Positions 37,864 through 47,012 of a stretch of 64,000 nt of DNA are shown piece by piece. The DNA lies in the IMG/VR virus record IMGVR_UViG_3300046694_000315, positions 1 through 64,000 of that record. One strand, 5' to 3'. The position numbers and the translations under genes were made by a program. Below the pieces are notes generated by a model. That model was given only the letters and a program-made list of their open reading frames with translations, was not told the origin of the DNA and did not search any database. The DNA comes from a virus. Positions within the stretch are counted from its first letter, which is position 1. Each line of letters opens with the position of its first letter.

Positions 37864-37936
37864 GGAGAGTCGATACCTCTCGTAGGTGGGACAGGTGCCC
37901 AGTGGGATGCACCCCGCTGGGCACCCGCATACCCGA

Positions 37937-38206
37937 CTAGGTATGAAGCCGTTCACGCTCGTCGAGATAGTCCGAGACGCCGTTGTCCCAGAACGGACCG
38001 AACACGTACTGCGCCGTCGCGTCGTACAGCGCGCTGCTGGCGACCGCCCCGCCATGAGGCAGCAGCTCCTCCGCCTGGACCGAGTTCTGCCGACCGGTGA
38101 GCAACGCCACCAACGCGGCCTCGTCAGCCGACAGCCGGAGCGTCACCGCCTCGGGCGACCCGTCGTCTCGGAACTCGATGCTCTTGACCAAGGCCATCTC
38201 GGCCAT
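37937..38206 (-). CDS. Hypothetical protein
   Basis: GAGGAG RBS. Confidence 0.6.
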   Translation of the reverse strand: MAEMALVKSIEFRDDGSPEAVTLRLSADEAALVALLTGRQNSVQAEELLPHGGAVASSALYDATAQYVFGPFWDNGVSDYLDERERLHT

Positions 38207-38299
38207 CTCCTCTTCTTGTGCTCCGTCCGGGACAGCTCCCGGTACCGGTCCAGTACTCGTTGCTCGAACTTGCTCAGGTGTCTCAGCGGCGCTCCCGCC

Positions 38300-38674
38300 T
38301 CATCGGTCGTTCAGGGAGATCTCGATGCTGTTGCCGGACTTCGGGTGGAGAAGCAGGCTGCTGCTGCCGTGGACCGTCAGCCGGTTGTCCTCTTGCAGCG
38401 TCACGTGGAAGTACGACCACCAGTCCGGGTGGCGCTCCGGCTTGTACCGGAACTCGATCGGCGTCCACTGGTCGACCGCGAGGCGGCGCCGGTTCACGCT
38501 GTGCGGGTCGATGACGACGGGGGCGTTCTCCGCGACGTCGTTGTTGAGCAAGGCCCGCACGGAGGCCAGCTCCTGCTCCAGCCGGATGATCCGCTCACCC
38601 CTCGCACGAAGTCGGTCCTTCACCCACTTCGGCAGGCGCTCGAACCTCGGGTCCTCTTCGATCGGCGTGTTCAC
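38300..38674 (-). CDS. Hypothetical protein
   Basis: AAGGAG RBS; RLPKW motif. Confidence 0.6.
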   Translation of the reverse strand: MNTPIEEDPRFERLPKWVKDRLRARGERIIRLEQELASVRALLNNDVAENAPVVIDPHSVNRRRLAVDQWTPIEFRYKPERHPDWWSYFHVTLQEDNRLTVHGSSSLLLHPKSGNSIEISLNDR

Positions 38675-38906
38675 GGCTGCTCCTTGTAACGTTGGGCCGG
38701 GCCCCGGTGGCCGCCCGCACTAGACCTGCGGACGGCCACCGGGGTTTCCTGCTAGCTGCGGTCGGCGCACTTCTCGCCGTTGGGGCACTCCTCGCGCGGG
38801 AAGCCATCCCCGCACAGGCTCGGGTCGATACCGATACCGGCGCCCAGCTCACCCAGTTCCAGCGGGCCTTCGTCCTGCACCCACCGGTCGGCGCTGTTCT
38901 CGTACA

Positions 38907-39164
38907 TCAGATGTCCGCCTTCTCCAGTCGCTCCCAGACCGGGCCCCAGCCGTCGCGGGTACCGTCCAGCAGGCCCGAGGCCTTGATGACGTAGTCCCGG
39001 TGCAGGGAGCGGTTCTCCAGGAGGCCATCCTCGGTGAGCACGTCCCCACGCCAGGCGCCGGACGACCCCTGCGTGACCGAGCGGATGATCCCCGGGGCCA
39101 GGGAGTGGTTGTACATGATCGAGACACGGTCGCCGACCCTGTACGGTGCGCGCTGCTGAGCCAT
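38907..39164 (-). CDS. Hypothetical protein
   Basis: AAGGAGG RBS and a promoter at 39206-39235. Confidence 0.6.
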   Translation of the reverse strand: MAQQRAPYRVGDRVSIMYNHSLAPGIIRSVTQGSSGAWRGDVLTEDGLLENRSLHRDYVIKASGLLDGTRDGWGPVWERLEKADI

Positions 39165-39484
39165 GGTTCCTCCTTCTGCGTTACTGCTTCCGAAGCAGTA
39201 AGAGGAATCTATCCGGCGCCACTACGTCTCGTCAAGCCATATCGCCAACTGACTTTCCAAGCATGAAGAAGGCCCCCACCCGGTCTCCCAGGAAGGGGCC
39301 TACGACAGCGCTACGTAGCTACTCAGTTCGCGTGATCGTGATCCTTGAGGTGACGTCGTCGCTCAGCAGGGACTCCACGGTCTGCGCCACCTGCTCCGGA
39401 GCCTCGACCTCGATCTGGGACGACTGCGCCCGCTGCTGCCCCGGCTTCAGGGGGTGCTGGTACTTGACTACGTACTTCGACACG

Positions 39485-39916
39485 TCATACCCCTCCTACT
39501 AGTGCCTGCACCACCTTGTTCAGCGCACGCTGCGCCGACCGCTTCCCTGACTCGATGCTGGAGCACGTGAGGAACCGCTCGTCGTCTCCCCCACCGAGGA
39601 ACAGGGAGTAGTTGCACGAGTCCATGGCTGAACTCTCGTATGTGTACCTGAAGACGTCAGCCACCTTCCGGTCGCCGATGTAGCCGACCCACAGTTCCCC
39701 CTTGGGGTGCGCCTCCTGGCGCCACTCGATCGACTGCGCCTTGATGGGGGGCTTCTTCTTGGGCTCCGCTGGATGCCCCCTGCGGACCGCCTCAACCCGA
39801 GTGCATCCCTGATTGTCGATGGCGTGCTGAAGGTCAGCACCAATGCCCCGGTCGTCGTAAACCTCGATCACCGTGGGGCGTGGCTGCTCTGGCTCCCAGT
39901 AACGCAGCTTCCACAT
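39485..39916 (-). CDS. Hypothetical protein
   Basis: GGAG RBS. Confidence 0.55.
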   Translation of the reverse strand: MWKLRYWEPEQPRPTVIEVYDDRGIGADLQHAIDNQGCTRVEAVRRGHPAEPKKKPPIKAQSIEWRQEAHPKGELWVGYIGDRKVADVFRYTYESSAMDSCNYSLFLGGGDDERFLTCSSIESGKRSAQRALNKVVQALVGGV

Positions 39917-39917
39917 G

Positions 39918-40535
39918 TCAGTTCTCCCTCGTGGCCAGCTCGGCCGCGCGCTTGTCGAGGTCCTTCTCCAGGTTCTCGGCGACCAGCCGAAGGGTCCGCT
40001 CGATGTCCTCGAAGCCCTGCTTAGGCGTGGCCTCCGCCGCCTTGGCCGCCGCAGCGGCGGACTCCCGCAGGCGCTCGATGGCCCACTCGGTGCCGTCCAG
40101 GTTCTCGCGGATCAGCAGCACGTTCAGCGACATGTCGAAGGAGGCCCGCTGCGCGCTACGTCGGACCCTCCGGCTGATCTCTACCGAGGACACCGGCTTC
40201 TCCGCGCCCCCGTTGGCGCGGTCGGTCCACTCCTTGGCGATCTCGCGCACCCACTCCGGCGCCACGCTGTCCGGCCCCAGCGGCTCCATGAAGGTGACGG
40301 TGTAGTCCCGCTTCGTGGCAACCTGTCCGTCCCGGACCTTGGGGCCTACCACACCTACAGACGACACCTCCCACACGCCCGTCTCCGTGTGCGGGAACAG
40401 GCCCACGCCCATAGCAGTCGGGCGCACCGTCCCGAGGCTGGGAACCTCCGGGTTCGACGTGTCCGGCGCTCCCGTCACGTCCAGCGAGATCTGCCAGTTC
40501 GAGTGATCCCGGACGGTGGACTCCACAGCGCTCAT
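39918..40535 (-). CDS. Hypothetical protein
   Basis: GAGG RBS and TGATG coupling. Confidence 0.6.
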   Translation of the reverse strand: MSAVESTVRDHSNWQISLDVTGAPDTSNPEVPSLGTVRPTAMGVGLFPHTETGVWEVSSVGVVGPKVRDGQVATKRDYTVTFMEPLGPDSVAPEWVREIAKEWTDRANGGAEKPVSSVEISRRVRRSAQRASFDMSLNVLLIRENLDGTEWAIERLRESAAAAAKAAEATPKQGFEDIERTLRLVAENLEKDLDKRAAELATREN

Positions 40536-40954
40536 CAGTCGTCTTCCTCGTCTTCCTCGTTCATCACGTGCATGTAGTCAATCGCGTCCTGGTCACCGGC
40601 CGCAGCGGCTTTGGCCCACCAGACGCGCGCCACGTCGTCGCCGTGCAGGACCTCCACCAGCTCGGCGATGCGGCGCAACTGACGCGGCTCCGGACCCTCG
40701 ACCGCCAGCAGCTCGGCCAACTCGGGCTCCGTAGTCCGCCCCGGATTTTCAAATGCCTGATATTCGCCGGCGAGTTCCCCCTCGATTCGCCGTCGCGAGT
40801 CCACGATGTCCTGCGGCGTGTAGCCGAAGTTCAGGCGGGCCCGGCTGAGCAGCTCATCGATGGTCGGGGCCGGGCCCGGCCGGGGCCGGGAAGTGTGGGC
40901 GCACTCCCGGCAGCCTTCCTCGGGTTCCGGGTGTTCGTCAGCATGAGAGGTCAC
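40535..40954 (-). CDS. Hypothetical protein
   Basis: WW.KAAAAGD.DA motif. Start uncertain. Confidence 0.45.
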   Translation of the reverse strand: MTSHADEHPEPEEGCRECAHTSRPRPGPAPTIDELLSRARLNFGYTPQDIVDSRRRIEGELAGEYQAFENPGRTTEPELAELLAVEGPEPRQLRRIAELVEVLHGDDVARVWWAKAAAAGDQDAIDYMHVMNEEDEEDD

Positions 40955-41057
40955 GACCCGGCGCTCCGCGCCTCCGCCGAACCCTTGAAGAAGGACTCGT
41001 AGCTCTCGAACGCGCGCGAGACCCCGGCCTCCTCGTCGCGGTACCACTTCGGGGCGC

Positions 41058-41303
41058 TCATCCCTGCGCCCTCCACTTCCGGATCTGGCGCTGGATCTTA
41101 TGGACAGCCGAGGAGTTCGCGTCCCGCGTCATAACGATGTTTCGATCGCCGTCCACGGTCCGGCGCTCCAGTCGCTGCCAGACCTCCTCCCAGTCGATGG
41201 TTCCTGTGGGGAAGTAGCCCGTAATGATGTCCTGGACGTATTCCATAACTCGGGGGGTGACGTCGCCCGCCTCGACGATCCGGTGATCCTCGGTCTCGTT
41301 CAC
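41058..41303 (-). CDS. Hypothetical protein
   Basis: GTGA overlap. Confidence 0.5.
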   Translation of the reverse strand: MNETEDHRIVEAGDVTPRVMEYVQDIITGYFPTGTIDWEEVWQRLERRTVDGDRNIVMTRDANSSAVHKIQRQIRKWRAQG

Positions 41304-41794
41304 TTCTCCCCCTCGCGCAGGTGCTCCGGCAGTTCCAGGCTCCAGCCCAACACGTCCGGGTGCAGCATGCGGGCCGCCTCCGTGAACACCGCACGGCTGG
41401 TCGTCCCACCCTTGGGGGCCGGGGCCTTCGGCGCACGGTCCGCGTTCTTCTGCATGAGTTCGGCGTCCACCCGGGCCTGGTCCCTGCGGGTGTCCGCGAC
41501 GACCGAGTCCAGCAGCCGGATCATCTCGGCCGCCGTGTCCTCGGGATGCCCCACCCGGATCCGCTGCACCAGCATCTCGTAGTCGTTCATCTTCGTCTCC
41601 CCCTCCAGGAGTGCGCGGACCCGCTCAGCCAGCAGCTTGTCCTGCTCCGCCGCAGGCGCCTTGATGTCGTAGCCCGATCCCGGGCACTCGCCGAATCCCT
41701 CGTACTGGTGCTTGCGCAGCACCGACTTCTTAGGACCAACGAGCAGTGGCCGTTCCTGACACAGGTAGTACGGGCATGGCCAGCGCTCCTTCAC
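41300..41794 (-). CDS. Hypothetical protein with an N-terminal Zn site
   Basis: CP..LC...H...CPGSG; GTGA overlap. Confidence 0.55.
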   Translation of the reverse strand: MKERWPCPYYLCQERPLLVGPKKSVLRKHQYEGFGECPGSGYDIKAPAAEQDKLLAERVRALLEGETKMNDYEMLVQRIRVGHPEDTAAEMIRLLDSVVADTRRDQARVDAELMQKNADRAPKAPAPKGGTTSRAVFTEAARMLHPDVLGWSLELPEHLREGEK

Positions 41795-42174
41795 TTGATC
41801 TCCCCGCGCTCGGCCCGCTCCATCACGTCGAGCAGCGCCTCCAGGACCGCGATCGGCTTCGGCCCGCCGCGCCACACCTCAATACCGTGACGCCGCAGTG
41901 CCTCCTCCAGGGACTCGCGGGACTTCTCGGCCTCGTACGCCTCGCGGGTCATCACCTGGGTGTGGCCGTAGTTGTCGGCGCGCATCCCGTTCTCGATCCG
42001 GTACGTCAGCGTCTTGCCTTCGGGGCTACGCTCGCTCAGCGGGATGTGCAACAGCGTGCGGCCGACCTTCACGACGGTCACCTCCTCGGGCGTCTGCTCC
42101 TTCTCGCGGGCGCCTCCCATCCGCGTCAGCAGCAGCAGCGTGTCCCCGACCTTCACACCCTCAAGACCCGGCAT
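41791..42174 (-). CDS. Hypothetical protein
   Basis: Has an RBS and promoter TTGACA-N17-TAGTCT (42211-42239). Confidence 0.65.
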   Translation of the reverse strand: MPGLEGVKVGDTLLLLTRMGGAREKEQTPEEVTVVKVGRTLLHIPLSERSPEGKTLTYRIENGMRADNYGHTQVMTREAYEAEKSRESLEEALRRHGIEVWRGGPKPIAVLEALLDVMERAERGEIK

Positions 42175-42297
42175 CTCAACTCCCCTTCCGTCGTTCTCAA
42201 TTACGGGATAAGACTATGCGCTACCCGACCCCATGTCAAGCACTTTCATACACTCGCTTGCGTGGCAGGAACCGCTGGTTCCGCTTACTCTCAAATC

Positions 42298-42510
42298 ATG
42301 CCGAACCTGCGCGACGCCCTGATGTGGCGTACTACCCGAGCCGCTGCGCTCGCCGAAGCCAAGAAGCTGAAGGCCTCCGCCCGCCGCATGGGCTACGACG
42401 TCGTGGTGCGCAGCACCCTCCGCAGGCTGGGTCCGGACTACACCTTCAAGGGCCCGCCCTACGGCCTGTTCCTCGAACCCCACAGCACCCCGGACTCCTC
42501 GGACTCCTGA
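42298..42510 (+). CDS. Hypothetical protein (probably leaderless)
   Basis: TACTCT lies 6 nt before the ATG; GC3-rich codons. Confidence 0.5.
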   Translation: MPNLRDALMWRTTRAAALAEAKKLKASARRMGYDVVVRSTLRRLGPDYTFKGPPYGLFLEPHSTPDSSDS

Positions 42511-43291
42511 TCCGTCAATCCCCGGGGGTCTCGACCGTCCGCTCGACCAGCGTCTGCTCGTACTCCGGCGGCAGCTCCCCGTGCTCCTCGTAGTACCTCC
42601 GCAGCTTCTCGATGCTCTCGTCCGTCACGCCGTTCGGACCGTGCTCAATCTCCATGCCGACCTCCCTTGAGTCGGTCAATCCTCCCACTCCCCCCGTGCC
42701 CCAATTCCCCAATTCCCCGAATCCCCCGGCCACTGTGACACTGTCCGGTTCCTACATTCGGTGCGCTGCGCGGCTGTCCGGGCCCCCTAGGTCTGGAATT
42801 TATGCGTTTAAGGGTAGGGGGGTGCATATTTATTCATTTGCCAGCACACTTGACAGCCCTTTGTCAACTCGGACACATGGGGCACACCCTAGGCATCGCG
42901 CTTCTGACCAGTATCTGCACCCTTCACCCCTGGAGTGAGGTACGTCACAATGGGGCGCAGCGTGGCCCTATGCACACGGCCGGGCATCTGTCAATAGGCA
43001 GTTTCTATGCATGCCTATTCAGCGTTATTCATGCGCGGCCACTGCCCTATTCACCGAATTGCGCCCCTGTTTATATGTCCCGAGATATGGAGAGCGGGGC
43101 GCGGCTGTAGCAACTCGACAACCAGGGGGCCGGAGAGTTTCACGGCATTGGGTGTGCGGTCGCATGGTGTGAGGTCGCATGGTGTGAGGGGTTGACGTAG
43201 CTGTGTCTCATGTGCAGTAGCCAGCAGTGGGGAGCCTTCCCCCGGCCCCGGATCCCTCGCCTGTTGTCGGCGGCGGGCGCATGCTGGAGGG

Positions 43292-43618
43292 GTGAGCATC
43301 GGCATGTCGTGGGGCGCGCTAGAGCACGGGCAGGCGTGGGGAGAGTTCCCGGACGTTGAACACTGCGCGCGGGCGCTGAACAGCTCTCTACGGCGCACGC
43401 TGGGCAGGATGCCGCCAGGGTGGCGGGGGTGCTACCTCAAACACTCGGTGCACTCCCTGCGCGTCGCCATGTGCACGGAGGGACTGCACGCGGTGGCGCA
43501 CGGGCGTGCGTGGCGGGGGGAGGCTGGCGGGGTCTGGGTGCGCCTGTATCCACGTGGTGGAGGCAAACACGAGAAACCCCCCACCGGCCCGGTATTGGGT
43601 CGGTGGGGGGCTGCGTAG
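43292..43618 (+). CDS. Hypothetical protein
   Basis: CATGCT lies 6 nt before the GTG; plausible codon usage. Confidence 0.4.
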   Translation: MSIGMSWGALEHGQAWGEFPDVEHCARALNSSLRRTLGRMPPGWRGCYLKHSVHSLRVAMCTEGLHAVAHGRAWRGEAGGVWVRLYPRGGGKHEKPPTGPVLGRWGAA

Positions 43619-43636
43619 GGCCCTGGTGGGGTTAGC

Positions 43637-44047
43637 TCAGAAGCCGGAGCCGGGGACGCGCTTACGGGCCAGGTCGACGAACGCGCGCACGGCGTCCCGG
43701 TCGGCCACGTCGGGGGTGTCGACGTCCCACACGAGCGCGTACCGCTTGACCTCCCACGCGAGCGCGGACGTGACGTAGGGGTACGTGGTGCCGGTGGCCT
43801 CCCACTCCTCCAGGAGCGCGGAGCGGGCGGTGTGGGGGTTCATGACGGGGCAGTCCATGACCGTGTGCGAGTCGGTGACGCTCCGCGCGGAGGGGGCGGG
43901 CGTCTCCACCTTGGGGCGGCGGTCGGCGGGCTCACCCTGGGCGACGGGGAAGGCTGCGCCAGCACGGCCGACGGTGACGCGGGCGGGGTCGGCGAACCGG
44001 GCGCGCTGCGTGCGGTAGGCCTTGACGGAGTGGCGGGCGGTGCTCAT
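43637..44047 (-). CDS. Hypothetical protein
   Basis: Conserved leader plus AGGAGG. Confidence 0.6.
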   Translation of the reverse strand: MSTARHSVKAYRTQRARFADPARVTVGRAGAAFPVAQGEPADRRPKVETPAPSARSVTDSHTVMDCPVMNPHTARSALLEEWEATGTTYPYVTSALAWEVKRYALVWDVDTPDVADRDAVRAFVDLARKRVPGSGF

Positions 44048-44086
44048 TCGGGGTGCCTCCTGATGCGGTGCGGCTGGTGTGGTCGG

Positions 44087-44419
44087 TCAGTGCTGCGGGC
44101 GGCGGATCATGGTTTCCTGTGTGCCGTAGTCGCGGGTGCGGCCCTTGTTGGGCGCGAATCCGAACCGGCCGTAGAAGCGGCGCAGGCGGGCCACGCTGCC
44201 GCCAAAATCGGCGCTGGGCGTAGTGGCCAGGGGCAGGCCGTGCGCGTCGGCGTAGGCGGCCAGCGTGGCCATAACGGCGGAGCCGGTGCCGTCGTTGCGC
44301 TCACCCTTGGGGACGACCAGCCGGGACAGGATCACGAACCCGGCCGCGTTGGTCTCCAGGGAGACGCGGACGCCGGGGAAGGTGTCGGCGATGTGCTGGG
44401 CGAGGGTGTCGACGCTCAC
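44087..44419 (-). CDS. GNAT-family acetyltransferase
   Basis: Acetyl-CoA motif V....R..G.G, and L..FY.RFGF. Confidence 0.75.
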   Translation of the reverse strand: MSVDTLAQHIADTFPGVRVSLETNAAGFVILSRLVVPKGERNDGTGSAVMATLAAYADAHGLPLATTPSADFGGSVARLRRFYGRFGFAPNKGRTRDYGTQETMIRRPQH

Positions 44420-44463
44420 GGGGGTTGCCTCCTGGTGTGGGGCGGTTGGTGTGTGGTGGGGGG

Positions 44464-44637
44464 TTAGGCGGACGGCGGAATGATCAGCTTCGCGTCGGTG
44501 ACGGGGATCAGGCACTCGGGGTAGAACGGCTGGTCGTCGCGGGTGACGTCGAGCAGGCGCAGGAACGGGCCCTCCACCTTGATTTCGGCCGCGTTCAGCC
44601 ATCCCCAGTTGCCGGAATTGATCTTGTAAGCGTTCAT
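44464..44637 (-). CDS. Hypothetical protein
   Basis: AGGAGG RBS. Confidence 0.55.
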   Translation of the reverse strand: MNAYKINSGNWGWLNAAEIKVEGPFLRLLDVTRDDQPFYPECLIPVTDAKLIIPPSA

Positions 44638-44711
44638 GGTGTTGCCCTCCTGGGCGGTGTGGTGGAGGGGGCCGGAGCGTTCCCCCGGCCCCCGGGGATG
44701 TGGGGCGGGTG

Positions 44712-45455
44712 CTACTCGGCGAGGCCCTGCGCGGCGTGCATGGCGGCGGCCTGCTTGAGCGTGGCGCGGTACTCGGCGAGCGTGGCCGGGCGGACCGCTT
44801 CGAAGTCGCGGGCCCACTTCGGGAGGACTGCAACCTTCTGGTCCTGGAAGACTCCACCGGCCGCGATCATCGCGTGATTCTGGCCGCGCGTCTCCGTGGC
44901 CAGCGCCTTACGGGCGAGGGGGGAGAACATCAGGGAGTGCTTGCGGTAGGCCGCTTCCTCCCCGTGGCGGTCGACGCCGCGACCGGTGCCCGCGTGGCCG
45001 AAGACGTCGTGCACGGCGCGGAACATGTCGTTCACGTCGTCGGAGAAGAAGAAGTGCGAGCCGGTAACGGCGGTGGACAGGACGCGCATTCGACCGGCGG
45101 CGACGTCGTCGAAGAACGCGCGGGTTCCCTGGGCGCTCATGTCGTAGGGGTCGGCGTCCTCGACGCTCACGGAGATGCCCAGACCGCCGCGCGACGCGGG
45201 GGCCGTCATGAACTCGAACTGTCGGGCGACTTCCTGGGCCATGGCACGCCACGCGGCCGGGGCGGTGTTGTCGATGAACGGGAGAGCGTTGTACGCCTCC
45301 GCGACCTTGGCGACGGCCGACGGGGCGACCACAACGCGGGAGTAGTCCCAGTGGTCGCGGGTGGTGAGGCCGTGGCGGGCGTTGAAGCGGCGCGCACCTT
45401 CGGCGACGGCGACGACGGGGCGGAGGGACAGGGCGGGGATGTTGGCGGTGCGCAT
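44712..45455 (-). CDS. Conserved phage protein with a FRAVHDxFGH motif (possible metal-binding, zincin-like)
   Basis: NDMFRAVHDVFGH...GEE.A...H...ALATETRGQN; has a leader and promoter. Confidence 0.7.
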   Translation of the reverse strand: MRTANIPALSLRPVVAVAEGARRFNARHGLTTRDHWDYSRVVVAPSAVAKVAEAYNALPFIDNTAPAAWRAMAQEVARQFEFMTAPASRGGLGISVSVEDADPYDMSAQGTRAFFDDVAAGRMRVLSTAVTGSHFFFSDDVNDMFRAVHDVFGHAGTGRGVDRHGEEAAYRKHSLMFSPLARKALATETRGQNHAMIAAGGVFQDQKVAVLPKWARDFEAVRPATLAEYRATLKQAAAMHAAQGLAE

Positions 45456-45619
45456 TGGGGGCCTCCTGGTGTGGGGCGGTTGGTGTGTTGTTGTGTGGCC
45501 AACGTACCCCGGGGTTACGGCTTGTAAAGCCAGTTTCCGGGATTGCTGGACAAGTCTTTATAAAGATGTGACCTAGGGCCCTCCCCCGGCCCGCGTGGGC
45601 CGAGGGGGTGCCAGGCGGG

Positions 45620-45802
45620 CTAGAGGGTGCCGAACGACCGCACGGCCAGCACGTCCACGCCACGGGCGGCGTAGGCGGCACGTAGGGCCGTCTCGGCGTC
45701 GGCCAGGGTGGCGGCCCGCACGTTGCGGACGCTGGCCAGCGGGCGGGGTGTGGTGCTGCCCGGCCGGAGGGGGAAGAGCACTTGCAGCGCGTACGTGTGC
45801 AC
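45620..45802 (-). CDS. Hypothetical protein
   Basis: Conserved leader plus AGGAGG. Confidence 0.55.
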   Translation of the reverse strand: MHTYALQVLFPLRPGSTTPRPLASVRNVRAATLADAETALRAAYAARGVDVLAVRSFGTL

Positions 45803-45834
45803 GGCGCGGCCTCCTGGTGTGGGGCGGGTGCTGG

Positions 45835-46812
45835 CTAGCGGGCGGTGGAGACGTTGCGGAAGTGGGGAACGGCGCGGGCGTCGGCCAGGAAGCAGGCGAC
45901 GCGGGCGGGGTCGCCGTTGGGCACGTGGGCGTAGTTGATGCGCTCCCCGCTCTCCGTGGTCGCCCAGACGGTGACGGGGGCCGGGGCGGCCTCCTGGGGG
46001 GCCTCCTGGGCCTCCTGGGCCTCCTTGGCGAAGCGGCCGACGGCGTGGACGACGGTGTGAACGTCGGTCCAGTTGCGGCCGACCGTGTCGAAGTGCTCCG
46101 GGGTGCGGTCGATGCGGATCACCTCACCGGCCCCGACCGTGTCGACGATGCCCCGGCAGTACTGCTCGGCGGAGCCGTTCGTGCGGCGGAACTCCGCATC
46201 GGCGTACGGGCCCACGACGTGCCCGGCGTGGTTGCGGTAGCTCCAGAGAGTGCGGTACTCGGCGGCCCACACGTACCCGGTCACGTACTGACGCACGAAC
46301 GCGAGAAGGTCGGCGCTGCCTTCAATGCCAGCGGGCATGTCCCCGTCGTAAATCGTCTCGGTGCCAAGGAAGACGTACAGGTCACGCCCGCCGTTCTCCA
46401 CGATGGCGGAGACGCGGCGGCCGTCCCGGTACATCGGGTGCGCCGTGGCCAGCGAGCGTGCGCCTTCCTCGTTCGGGTAGTACGTGGCGTCATCCGGGCG
46501 GGCCTGCTCCTCGGCGGCGAGGGCGTCCTCCTCGGCCGCAGCCGCAACGATGCTCGCGACGGTGTCCAGTCGGGGCAGGTAGTCCGGCAGGTCGGTGATA
46601 GCGCGGACGGTGTACCCGGCGCGGGTGAGCACGTGCTGTCCTTCGATCTCCTCGGCCAGGCCCAGGCGGACCAGGGACGCGACGGTGTTCGTGCGGGCGC
46701 TGATGACCATGTGACCGCGCAGGGCGTCCGTGGGGCGCAGCAGCTCTTCCGGCAGCTCTTCCGCGTTGCGGAGGGCGATGGCCTGCGGGCGGGTGATCGT
46801 CTTGTTGTTCAT
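45835..46812 (-). CDS. Hypothetical protein with an N-terminal wHTH-like region
   Basis: NTV.SLV.LGL......LT..G; promoter at 46851-46879. Confidence 0.65.
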   Translation of the reverse strand: MNNKTITRPQAIALRNAEELPEELLRPTDALRGHMVISARTNTVASLVRLGLAEEIEGQHVLTRAGYTVRAITDLPDYLPRLDTVASIVAAAAEEDALAAEEQARPDDATYYPNEEGARSLATAHPMYRDGRRVSAIVENGGRDLYVFLGTETIYDGDMPAGIEGSADLLAFVRQYVTGYVWAAEYRTLWSYRNHAGHVVGPYADAEFRRTNGSAEQYCRGIVDTVGAGEVIRIDRTPEHFDTVGRNWTDVHTVVHAVGRFAKEAQEAQEAPQEAAPAPVTVWATTESGERINYAHVPNGDPARVACFLADARAVPHFRNVSTAR

Positions 46813-46962
46813 GTCGTGCGCTCCTTCGTGCGGGTGTGTTGGGAGGGCTGATCTTTCCGAAGGGGGGAACCCTTGTCAAGCCCTTTCGGCACAACGATTT
46901 ACAAGACGTTATGAAGCTGTGACCGGCGGCCGGGGCAGGCCGTGTTCCCATGGATGCCGAAG

Positions 46963-47009
46963 GGCCCCCACCGGCCAGCGGTACGCGGTGGGGGCCTTTT
47001 GCATGCCCG
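46963..47009. terminator. Terminator hairpin, near-duplicated at 48805-48851
   Basis: GGCCCCCACCGGCCAGC...CGGTGGGGGCCTTTTGCATGCCCG at both sites. Confidence 0.7.
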
Positions 47010-47012
47010 AGG

